Below, in pieces: positions 9,965-19,763 of a DNA stretch of 64,000 bases. The stretch covers positions 267 to 64,266 of the forward strand of contig JADFKB010000004.1 in assembly GCA_022565155.1 (NCBI GenBank), read 5' to 3'. A model generated the notes under the pieces. That model did no database searches and was not told the DNA's origin. It saw only the letters and a list, made by a program, of their open reading frames with translations. A program made the position numbers and the translations under genes. Position 1 is the first letter of the stretch, and every line of letters starts with the position of its first letter. The DNA is from Chloroflexota bacterium. Lineage in GTDB: Bacteria > Chloroflexota > Dehalococcoidia > DSTF01 > RBG-16-68-14.

Positions 9965-10199
9965 ACGTTTCGCTGTGCGATTCTTCTCCTATGTACTGTT
10001 CGGCACGGCGTTTCATTGTACCAGGGCTAGATGAGCGAGAGAACGGCGGCGTACGGTTGCGAGTCAGCCCGCGAGGAACCCGCGGCTTCGGCATGATCTT
10101 TCGCAAGCTACAGACCGTGCCGGCTGTGTTCAGCCTACGTTGTAGAATACAGCCACGCGAATCCGGCAGAGGGTGCAAACGAGGGGCATAGAAGCAGAC

Positions 10200-10862
10200 A
10201 TGACGACTATGGAGCAGCCGGCGAAACCAGGGCAGATCATCATTCTGAACGGCGCACCTCGAGCCGGCAAGTCCAGCATCGTCGAGGTCATTCAGGACAC
10301 GTTCGAGGGCGTCTGGATGAATCTGGGCGTGGATCTCTTCGGCGGACACGCCACGCCCAAGAGGTATCGTCCCGGGATCGGTCTTCGGCCCGGCCCGGGG
10401 CCAGGCTTCGGCGGCGACGCTCCAGAGCTTGAGCCGTTCGTGCCAACGTTCTATGCAGCCGTATACGAGTCGATCGCGGCGCATAGCAGGTTGGGCCTGA
10501 ACGTCGTCGTCGATATCGGCCACCACGGCGCAATCCACCCGGACGTGTTAGGTGATTGCGCGCGACGGCTCGCGGGGCTGCCCGTCCTGTTCGTCGGCAT
10601 ACGCTGCCCGATCGAGGAGATCCTGAAACGGCGCAAACAGGCCGGACCCGAACGCGGGTACGTTGTAGGAACGGCTGACGAGCCAGTACCGCCGCCTGTC
10701 CTCCTCTGGCAGGAGGAGGTCCACAAACCGGGCATCTACGATCTTGAGGTCGACACGTCGTTGCTTAGCCCGGAAGAGTGCGCCGAGGTGATTCGCAGGC
10801 GGCTCGAAGAGGGGCCGCCGCCGTCGGCGTTCCAGCACCTCGCTAGACGATCCGCCAAGTAA
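10200..10862 (+). CDS. chloramphenicol-phosphotransferase-like P-loop kinase (CPT family)
   Basis: P-loop NGAPRAGKSS and overall similarity to chloramphenicol 3-O-phosphotransferase. Start chosen at ATG (MTTMEQ…) inside track ORF 10173..10862. Confidence 0.7.
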   Translation: MTTMEQPAKPGQIIILNGAPRAGKSSIVEVIQDTFEGVWMNLGVDLFGGHATPKRYRPGIGLRPGPGPGFGGDAPELEPFVPTFYAAVYESIAAHSRLGLNVVVDIGHHGAIHPDVLGDCARRLAGLPVLFVGIRCPIEEILKRRKQAGPERGYVVGTADEPVPPPVLLWQEEVHKPGIYDLEVDTSLLSPEECAEVIRRRLEEGPPPSAFQHLARRSAK

Positions 10863-10920
10863 CACTGACACAAAGGTGCCACATGCCAACGTCTGCGCGG
10901 CGGGCGTCGCGTCGCACTAC
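10830..10920 (+). repeat. about 90-bp direct repeat copy A (spans last codons and 3' flank of CPT-like gene)
   Basis: ttccagcaCctcgctagAcgatccgccaagtaacActgacAcaa…gcgcggcgggcgtcgCgtcgc. About 85% identical to copy B at 15501..15596. Confidence 0.6.
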
Positions 10921-10951
10921 CGACGTTATGTCGCGGAACCCTGCGGAAGCT

Positions 10952-11365
10952 TCACTGCTGCCCGGTCTCGCCTAGCAGCGAAGTTACTGTAGCCGCAAGC
11001 AGCCACTGCATTTCCAGGCCTGCGCTGCGGTGCTCGCCGATCTCGCGCACCTTGTCGCTTCCAACGATCTCGAGGAACTTCTGCCGTGACGGGTACTCGA
11101 CGAGTGCCACGACATGGAAGCCGGGGTCTTCCTCCCCGATCACCATCGAATCGACCCTACCGGCCCAGATGAAGCGGCCCCCTTGGGACTCGACGACCTT
11201 CCTCATCTGCTCGGCATAGCGACCGTAGGCTTCCTGGCCTGACGCATCACCTTCGCTGGCGTCTGCGCGCGACTTGAATTTGAGCAGATTGACCATCACG
11301 ACCGGTTGATCCGCCGGCCCTTTCATCAGCTCTTCTATTTGCTCTTTAGTCGGGTAGATTGCCAT
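10952..11365 (-). CDS. DUF1330 domain protein
   Basis: Start refined to ATG (MAIYPTKEQ…) with a GAGAGG RBS. Track ORF 10952..11587 is over-extended. Overlaps the NMO gene 3' end by 31 nt. Confidence 0.7.
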   Translation of the reverse strand: MAIYPTKEQIEELMKGPADQPVVMVNLLKFKSRADASEGDASGQEAYGRYAEQMRKVVESQGGRFIWAGRVDSMVIGEEDPGFHVVALVEYPSRQKFLEIVGSDKVREIGEHRSAGLEMQWLLAATVTSLLGETGQQ

Positions 11366-12492
11366 GACCATCCTCTCAGTAACTCTTGGGCTTCGTCTGC
11401 CATGCTGTGGACGACCTCCGCGGCGGGTACGATCTTCTCTATGAGCCCGGCGATGTTCCCCGCCCCGTTCTGCGTAAGCGCTGGACTCGAGCCGCCGGCC
11501 ATGCCGCCGAGCGTCTGCATCACCAGCACGGGCTGAAGCGGCATCGGCAGGGGGTCGATGGACGCTTCGTCCCATGCCTTGGTCCATTCGTTGGGCAGCA
11601 TGCGGAAGCGCTTCCCTGTGTACGAGCGGCTGATGATCGGCGACTGATCGCCCGCCGCAACGATTTCCGCCTTCATCCAGCCTGCGATGCCTGCCTCCTC
11701 GGTGGCGAGGAAACGAGTCCCGACCCAGACGGCCTGGCAGCCCATGACCAGCGAAGCGGCTAAGCCGCGCCCATCCCCGATGCCTCCGGCAGCGACGACC
11801 GGCGTGGGCGAAACGGCGTCCAGGACTTGAGGCAGCAGCGCCATCGTGCCCACGTGGCCGGTGTGGCCGCCGCCCTCCGTGCCCTGAGCGACCACAACAT
11901 CGGCGCCGTCCTGCGCCACCCTGATGGCCTGCTTCACGTTGCCGACCATGGACATCACGATCGTGCCGGCCTCATGGGCTCGGTCGACCATCCAGCCGGG
12001 GCTACCGAGCGCGCCGACGAACACCGGCACCTTCTCGTCCAGGATCACCTCGATCTGCGCCTCAGAGTCGGTGCCGAGAGCCATACGATCGTCAGTAGGC
12101 CCTCTGGCGTTAGATGCGGCGTGTTCTATCCCATGCTGCTGGGCGATATGCTCTGCCAGCGCGCGGTGCTCGTCCGGGATGTGGCTGGCGACATCGGACA
12201 CGCGCGCTCCGCTCTGGTCGAGGCGGGCAGGAAGGATCAGATCAACGCCGAATGGTTTATCGGTCAGCTCTCGGCAGCGCTTGATGTAGGTCCGGATCTC
12301 CTCCGGCGCCATCGTGGTACATCCCATCACTCCGAGCCCGCCCGCGTTCGATACGGCTGCCGCCAGCGTCGGGCCGGAAATTGGTCCCATCCCGGCGGAG
12401 ATGATCGGCAGGTCGATCCCCAGACGTTCGCACAGCGGCGTCCGGATGTTGGACGAGGGAACCCTGCTGGAATCTGTAGCTTGTTGGGTCAC
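11335..12492 (-). CDS. nitronate monooxygenase (NMO / 2-nitropropane dioxygenase family)
   Basis: FMN-binding TIM-barrel NMO signature regions (GGLGVMG…, VAQGTEGGGHTG…). Confidence 0.85.
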   Translation of the reverse strand: MTQQATDSSRVPSSNIRTPLCERLGIDLPIISAGMGPISGPTLAAAVSNAGGLGVMGCTTMAPEEIRTYIKRCRELTDKPFGVDLILPARLDQSGARVSDVASHIPDEHRALAEHIAQQHGIEHAASNARGPTDDRMALGTDSEAQIEVILDEKVPVFVGALGSPGWMVDRAHEAGTIVMSMVGNVKQAIRVAQDGADVVVAQGTEGGGHTGHVGTMALLPQVLDAVSPTPVVAAGGIGDGRGLAASLVMGCQAVWVGTRFLATEEAGIAGWMKAEIVAAGDQSPIISRSYTGKRFRMLPNEWTKAWDEASIDPLPMPLQPVLVMQTLGGMAGGSSPALTQNGAGNIAGLIEKIVPAAEVVHSMADEAQELLRGWSWQSTRLKSK

Positions 12493-12628
12493 GGTTGGTC
12501 GGTCCTCCTCGGCTGGAACGGTACGGGGTTGCCCGGCGGGCTCCCGGAGCAGGGCGGTGAGGGCTCGGCGGTCTTTGTCAGAGCCATCGTCCTCCGATGC
12601 ATCGGTGGTTCGCGGTACTGAGACAGGC

Positions 12629-12657
12629 TTGTGTTGGCACCCGTAGTGCCATATACT
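12629..12657 (+). promoter_or_regulatory. promoter candidate TTGTGT-17-TATACT for sulfatase gene, with 6-bp inverted repeat (tggcac…gtgcca) inside the spacer
   Basis: Seen about 70 nt upstream of the sulfatase ATG, in the divergent NMO/sulfatase intergenic region. Confidence 0.4.
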
Positions 12658-12726
12658 AGCGCGGCGAAGGAGACGGTGGCAACCTTCGAACGCGAAGCCC
12701 TGGACAGGTCAGCACGGAGTTCCCCC

Positions 12727-14985
12727 ATGACCACAAGCGAACCTGACTTCGGCGGGCGCATTGGCCGCACGATCGCGGACTCGGAGCCGTGGTGGCCGGA
12801 ACCCAAGCGCCCGCCCGGCGATGCGCCCAACGTCGTCATGATCGTGCTCGACGATACGGGCTTCGCGCACTTCGGTTGCTACGGCTCAACCATAGAGACG
12901 CCAGCGATCGACCGGCTCGCGGACGGAGGCGTGCGCTACAGCAACTTCCATACGACCGCGCTCTGCTCGCCTTCGCGAGCCTGTCTGCTAACAGGGCGCA
13001 ACCACCATGCCGTCGGCATGCGCGCCGTCTCGAACTTCGACTCAGGCTTCCCAAACATGCGCGGCGGCATCACACCCCGCGCCGCGACGATAGCCGAGCT
13101 GCTGCACGCCAACGGGTATGCGACGTTCGCCGCCGGAAAATGGCACCTGGCTCCTATGAGCGAGTGCTCTGCCGCAGGCCCCTTCGACAACTGGCCGCTT
13201 CAGAAGGGCTTCGATCGCTTCTACGGGTTCTTGCAGGGCGAAACCGACCAGTTCTACCCGGAGCTGACCGCGGACAACCATCACATCAGCCCACCCGCAT
13301 CGCCGGAGGACGGCTACCACGTCAGCGAAGACTTGATCGATCAGTCGATGGGCTGGATCCGCGACTTGAAGTCGGTGCGGCCCGACCGCCCGTTTTTCCT
13401 CTACGTAGCGTTCGGCGCAACGCACGCGCCGCACCAGGCGCCCCGGGAGTTCATAGAAAAGTACCGAGGGACATTCGACGCTGGTTGGGATGCCGCGCGC
13501 GAGGAGTGGTTCGCGCGGCAGCTCGATATGGGCCTGATCCCCCAAGGCACAACGCTCGCCCCGCGAAATCCGGGTGTTCTGCCTTGGGACGAGTTGCCGG
13601 AGAACGGACGCATCTTCGCGGCCCGGCTGCAAGAAGCGTTTGCGGGGTTCCTCGAACACACCGACGCGCAGGTTGGCAGACTAGTCGATTTTTTGCGAGC
13701 ACAGGACCTGCTCGACGATACGCTCCTGATCGTCCTGTCGGACAACGGCGCCAGCCAGGAGGGCGGCCCGCGCGGCGTCATGGACGAGTTCAGCACCTTC
13801 AACTTGATCCGCGAAGACCTCGATGACATCGTCGCGAACCGGCTGGACGACATCGGCACGTCGCACGCGCACAGCAACATACCCTGGGGCTGGGCGCAGG
13901 CGGGCAATACGCCGCTCAAGTGGTACAAGCAGAACACCTACGGCGGCGGCGTACGCGACCCGCTCGTCGTCCACTGGCCGAAGAGGATCAAGGAGACCGG
14001 TATCCGCCACCAGTTCTGCCACGTGACAGACATCACTCCCACCGTTCTCGACGTGACGGGCATCTCCGTGCCTGATGCGTTCAACGGCCATCCCCAGATT
14101 CCGCTCCATGGCATGAGCCTGGTCTACACGTGGGACGGGGCCAGCTCGCCGGTCCAACGAGGACCTCAGTACTTCGAGCAGTTCGGCCATCGAGGTCTCT
14201 GGAAGGACGGCTGGAAGGCGGTCACCTACCATCGCAAGGGCGACGACTTCGACACGGAGGACTGGGCGCTCTACCACCTGGACGACGATTTCTCGGAAGG
14301 CCACGATCTCGCGGTCGAACAGCCGGAAAAGCTCAAGGAGCTTGTCGAGGCATGGTGGGCGGAGGCCGAAGCGAACGACGTTCTGCCGCTGGACGATCGC
14401 ACGATCGAGCTGTTCGGCGGCGCAGCTCGCCCTGGGACTCCGCACAATCGCGACGAATACGTCTACTACCACCCGATATCGCACGTGCCCGCAGACGCCG
14501 CGCCGCGTCTCGGCGGCCGCGCCTGGACAATCGCCGCGGATGTGACCGTGCCGGAGGGTGGCTGTGAGGGCGTGCTCTACGCGCGTGGCAGCCACAACGG
14601 AGGCCACACATTCTTCATCCAAGACGGTAAGGTCCAGTTTGACTACAACGCGCTCGGCGAACACTTCCGCGCTGCCGGCGCAGCGGACCTATCACCGGGC
14701 AGGCACGTCATCGAGACGAGGTTCGTGCGAGAAGGGCAGGCCGGGCGCCTGGCCGTGGCGGTCGATGGGAACGAAGTCGGCGCGACCGAAGTCACCAAGA
14801 TCGTCCGCATGCTAAGCTCGACAGGCCTCGATATCGGCGCGGACCGCCTCTCTCCTGTCGTCGACGACTATGATGGGCCGTTCGCATTCACAGGGGAGAT
14901 CCACAAGGTCACGTTCACGATTCGGAGCCCGCAAGAGCGCCAGGACGTTGAGGCGATAGCTCGCACAGAGCTGGCGAAGGAGTAG
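12727..14985 (+). CDS. arylsulfatase (large, about 750-aa sulfatase family)
   Basis: CSPSRACLLTGR formylglycine motif and sulfatase N-terminal domain. Start refined to ATG (MTTSEPDF…) with a GGAG RBS. Track ORF starts at 12631. Confidence 0.9.
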   Translation: MTTSEPDFGGRIGRTIADSEPWWPEPKRPPGDAPNVVMIVLDDTGFAHFGCYGSTIETPAIDRLADGGVRYSNFHTTALCSPSRACLLTGRNHHAVGMRAVSNFDSGFPNMRGGITPRAATIAELLHANGYATFAAGKWHLAPMSECSAAGPFDNWPLQKGFDRFYGFLQGETDQFYPELTADNHHISPPASPEDGYHVSEDLIDQSMGWIRDLKSVRPDRPFFLYVAFGATHAPHQAPREFIEKYRGTFDAGWDAAREEWFARQLDMGLIPQGTTLAPRNPGVLPWDELPENGRIFAARLQEAFAGFLEHTDAQVGRLVDFLRAQDLLDDTLLIVLSDNGASQEGGPRGVMDEFSTFNLIREDLDDIVANRLDDIGTSHAHSNIPWGWAQAGNTPLKWYKQNTYGGGVRDPLVVHWPKRIKETGIRHQFCHVTDITPTVLDVTGISVPDAFNGHPQIPLHGMSLVYTWDGASSPVQRGPQYFEQFGHRGLWKDGWKAVTYHRKGDDFDTEDWALYHLDDDFSEGHDLAVEQPEKLKELVEAWWAEAEANDVLPLDDRTIELFGGAARPGTPHNRDEYVYYHPISHVPADAAPRLGGRAWTIAADVTVPEGGCEGVLYARGSHNGGHTFFIQDGKVQFDYNALGEHFRAAGAADLSPGRHVIETRFVREGQAGRLAVAVDGNEVGATEVTKIVRMLSSTGLDIGADRLSPVVDDYDGPFAFTGEIHKVTFTIRSPQERQDVEAIARTELAKE

Positions 14986-14998
14986 AGACGGCGAGGAA

Positions 14999-15517
14999 AT
15001 GGATACCTCCGAGCCCGTCGTCCGGGCTGACGATATCCCAGTCGCTCACACACCAGAAGGTGGGTGGCAAGGCGAGATGCCGCCGTCCATCCTAGCCACG
15101 TGCACCGAACCGCTGGCGCCGGGCGCGCCGGATCTCCGTGGGCTGTGGAAGGTCTACACCGTTGAGGTTGAAGGGCAGCCGGCACCCGGCCACCCCCTCA
15201 TTGGCCACGAGCAGCGCATCGAGCAGTGCGGGAATCGCGTCGTGATCACCGCCGGACGGATCATCCACGATATGCGCGCGGACGGGACGCTCGAGAACGG
15301 CGTGAACGACGTTGGTGAAGCCGGCCTAACGCAGAAGATCCAGGTCGCGGCGCTCTTCACCGACGGGCGTCTCGACCTGCATCCGTTAGGCGTCGATCCG
15401 AACAAGCCCGCGCTCGTAACTCGCGAGATCGTCGATGGCGAGCTCGTGTGGAACCTCGGGCCAATCAAGGTCAGGCTGCGCCAGGTGGACGGGGCCGGCG
15501 TTCCAGCAACTCGCTAG
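14999..15517 (+). CDS. hypothetical protein (co-transcribed with sulfatase)
   Basis: 172-aa ORF 14 nt after the sulfatase stop with a GAGGAA RBS. No recognised motif. Confidence 0.5.
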   Translation: MDTSEPVVRADDIPVAHTPEGGWQGEMPPSILATCTEPLAPGAPDLRGLWKVYTVEVEGQPAPGHPLIGHEQRIEQCGNRVVITAGRIIHDMRADGTLENGVNDVGEAGLTQKIQVAALFTDGRLDLHPLGVDPNKPALVTREIVDGELVWNLGPIKVRLRQVDGAGVPATR

Positions 15518-15596
15518 GCGATCCGCCAAGTAACGCTGACGCAAGCAGACCGGACGCTAAAGATAACGCGGCGGGCGTCGTGTCGCGCAACTCACC
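15501..15596 (+). repeat. about 90-bp direct repeat copy B (spans last codons and 3' flank of hypothetical gene)
   Basis: ttccagcaActcgctagGcgatccgccaagtaacGctgacGcaa…acgcggcgggcgtcgTgtcgc. Paired with copy A. Confidence 0.6.
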
Positions 15597-15704
15597 TTAT
15601 CGTACAACTCACCCTATCTGGCCCTCGAACGGCCCCCACGGGTTCACGGAGTTGGCTAGGAGTCCACTTGGTAGTGACGAGGCACTAGAGAGTAGCCTTT
15701 ACAC

Positions 15705-16661
15705 GTGGCAAACGAACGGACTAAACCAGGCGCCTTCGCCCGGCTCGTGGAGGAGTTGGCGCCCGGCGGCCGGCTGGTACGGGCACGCCACCTCCGTGGT
15801 GGCCTCGGCGCCCGTATGCAAGTCCTAGACATCGAGCGGGCAGACGGGACGCGCGTCAAGGTATCGCTGCGGCGCTTCGTACGCGCTCATCGCTCATCGA
15901 AGCCCGATCACGTAGCACACGAATACAGGATCCTGCAGCTAGTCGAGGAGGCTGGGATCCCGGCGCCTCGCCCGCTGCTGCTGGACACCGAGGGCCGCTT
16001 GTTCGACGTGCCGGCGATCGTGCTGACCTACCTGCCCGGGCGGCCCCTCTTCGCGTCACGCGACTTGACATCCTGGGCTGACCAGCTGGCACAAGCGCTC
16101 CTCAGTATCCATGCGCTAACGAACGACGACGTCGACCTATCTTGGCTCTCCCTCTACGATCGCGAGGGCATGCGGAACGAGATCGGAAGGCGAGAGGAGC
16201 AGGCGCGCGAGCGCGGCACCTTAGGGCGGGAGGTGCACGCCCTGCTGAAGGCGGAGATCGACCGGATCAGGTGGCTTGAGCCGACCTTCGTCCATGACGA
16301 CTTTTGGCCGGGCAACACGGTCTGGCGCTATGGCCGGCTGGTGGGTGTCATCGACTGGACGAGCGCTGAGCTTGGAGACCCTCGCGCCGACGTATCGCAG
16401 TGCCGCGCCGATATCGCGCTGAGCCTGGGCCTCGACGCAGCGGACGCCTTCTTGGAGGCGTATCAAGCTCGCGCCGCCCAGCCGCTGCCGGACGTTTGGT
16501 ACTTCGATCTCTTCCGTGGCCTGCGCGCGCTCATCTACTACGAGCAGTGGTTGGAGGGCTACGACGATGTCGGACTCACGCATCTTAGGTCATCTCTAGC
16601 CCGCGAACGCGTCGAGGCTTTCTTGCACACAGCTTTGGACCGGGCACGGCGTGCTGTGTAG
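15705..16661 (+). CDS. aminoglycoside-phosphotransferase-like kinase (APH/ChoK family)
   Basis: Gly-rich loop, catalytic VHDDFWPGN and IDWTSAELGDPRADV motifs. GTG start. Confidence 0.75.
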   Translation: MANERTKPGAFARLVEELAPGGRLVRARHLRGGLGARMQVLDIERADGTRVKVSLRRFVRAHRSSKPDHVAHEYRILQLVEEAGIPAPRPLLLDTEGRLFDVPAIVLTYLPGRPLFASRDLTSWADQLAQALLSIHALTNDDVDLSWLSLYDREGMRNEIGRREEQARERGTLGREVHALLKAEIDRIRWLEPTFVHDDFWPGNTVWRYGRLVGVIDWTSAELGDPRADVSQCRADIALSLGLDAADAFLEAYQARAAQPLPDVWYFDLFRGLRALIYYEQWLEGYDDVGLTHLRSSLARERVEAFLHTALDRARRAV

Positions 16662-16677
16662 CCCTGTGGATCCGCAA

Positions 16678-16695
16678 CGTCGCACCACCCACCTT
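16678..16695 (+). repeat. exact 18-mer cgtcgcaccacccacctt (copy 1), 165 nt upstream of metallophosphoesterase gene
   Basis: Identical 18-mer recurs at 17848..17865, upstream of aspS. Confidence 0.5.
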
Positions 16696-16860
16696 AGCTA
16701 CTGGTTGCTATCACGAACGAGGTGAAGGGATAAGCTTCTGAGGGTTCTAACCCACGGACTCCCCCTGATTAACGACCTCGGTATCTTGCCCTTGCCGACG
16801 GGAGTATGATGATGGCAGCAGAGCCTGCGCAATCAGGGAGGGACTAACCTGCTCATCGGA

Positions 16861-17739
16861 TTGGTCGGCGACGTTCACGGCCGAGTGTTTCACGCGCTCG
16901 CCGCGCTGGCGACGTGGCAGGCCACGGCGGGCCAGCGGTTCGACTTGCTAGTCCAAGTCGGCGACATGGGCGCCTTCCCCGACCCAGCACGCACCGACGC
17001 CTCCACTCAGCGCTACCTGGAGGTCGACCCGTCCGAGGCGGACTTCAGCAATCTACTGCGCGCCCAGGGGCGGCGGGCCGAAAACATTCGGCGCCTTCGT
17101 CAGCAGCTCGCTGGCCCGGTGCACTTCGTCCGCGGCAACCATGAGGACTTCGGCTGGCTGCGCGACCTGCCGGTGGACCAGGATTCTAAGACCGCTCGAA
17201 TCGATCCGTTCGATGCCCTCCGATACGCGCCAGACGGCACGGTGTTGGAGGTCGACGGGCTGCGACTCGCCTTTCTTGGCGGCGTGGAAGAATTGCCGGG
17301 CGAGCCTGCGATCGATCGCAACGCGTACCGATCCCTGATGGACATGGGCCCCGCCTCTTTCGATGTGCTGGTGACTCATCAGGGGCCGTACGGCATCAGC
17401 ACCGGCTACTACGGAAACGTTTTAGGCTCGCAGCTGATAACGGCCCTGGTCGAGCGGACCAGGCCGGCATTTCACGTTGCCGGACACGTGCACCTAAGCA
17501 TTGGTCCTCGCGCCTACGGACGGACAACCTACCTCAACCTGGCCAGCCTCGTCGCCTCGGCGCGCTGGGACCCTGACGCACGCGGGCTGCTGCCGGGCTG
17601 CCTGGGCATCCTCGACACCCGAGCTGGTACTCTTGAGCCGGTCGTAGAGCCGTGGCTGGCTGCGTTCCCTACGGCCTTCGACGCACCGTTCGACTTCGAC
17701 ACCTGGTGTGATTCGTTTCTGGACGCGGTTCGCATGTGA
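16861..17739 (+). CDS. metallophosphoesterase (calcineurin-like)
   Basis: GDVHG, GNHE and GHVH motifs. TTG start (a CTG at 16849 is also possible); GGGAGGG RBS upstream. Confidence 0.75.
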   Translation: MVGDVHGRVFHALAALATWQATAGQRFDLLVQVGDMGAFPDPARTDASTQRYLEVDPSEADFSNLLRAQGRRAENIRRLRQQLAGPVHFVRGNHEDFGWLRDLPVDQDSKTARIDPFDALRYAPDGTVLEVDGLRLAFLGGVEELPGEPAIDRNAYRSLMDMGPASFDVLVTHQGPYGISTGYYGNVLGSQLITALVERTRPAFHVAGHVHLSIGPRAYGRTTYLNLASLVASARWDPDARGLLPGCLGILDTRAGTLEPVVEPWLAAFPTAFDAPFDFDTWCDSFLDAVRM

Positions 17740-17847
17740 TCTCACAACGCCGTGAGTCAGCGCGGTGAGCAATTAAACAGAGTTCAGCACCAGATGCATT
17801 CTTTGCTCGAGTTGTCGGTCGCGATCCGGTGATCTGGTACCCATATG

Positions 17848-17865
17848 CGTCGCACCACCCACCTT
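17848..17865 (+). repeat. exact 18-mer cgtcgcaccacccacctt (copy 2), 54 nt upstream of aspS start
   Basis: See copy 1. Confidence 0.5.
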
Positions 17866-17918
17866 GTCCGCCCCTGCGCCACGTGCAAATCTCCGTTACG
17901 ATACGCGGGGAGGACATC

Positions 17919-19751
<1,833 letters not shown>

Positions 19752-19763
19752 GCGGCCTCCGAT

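Noticed and set aside
9965-10199. CIRCE or HAIR heat-shock operator upstream of dnaJ
   Set aside because: Neither inverted repeat consensus is present in the intergenic region.
12789-14664. 345-aa (+) and 327-aa (-) ORFs inside the sulfatase gene
   Set aside because: Alternate or antisense frames of a gene with a clear sulfatase signature; artefactual.
17829-17918. T-box leader upstream of aspS (because reverse complement of the 18-mer, aaggtgggtggtgcgacg, loosely resembles the T-box core AGGGTGGNACCGCG)
   Set aside because: The resemblance is on the non-sense strand for aspS. No specifier-loop or antiterminator/terminator pair is recognisable. Kept only as an unexplained 18-mer repeat.
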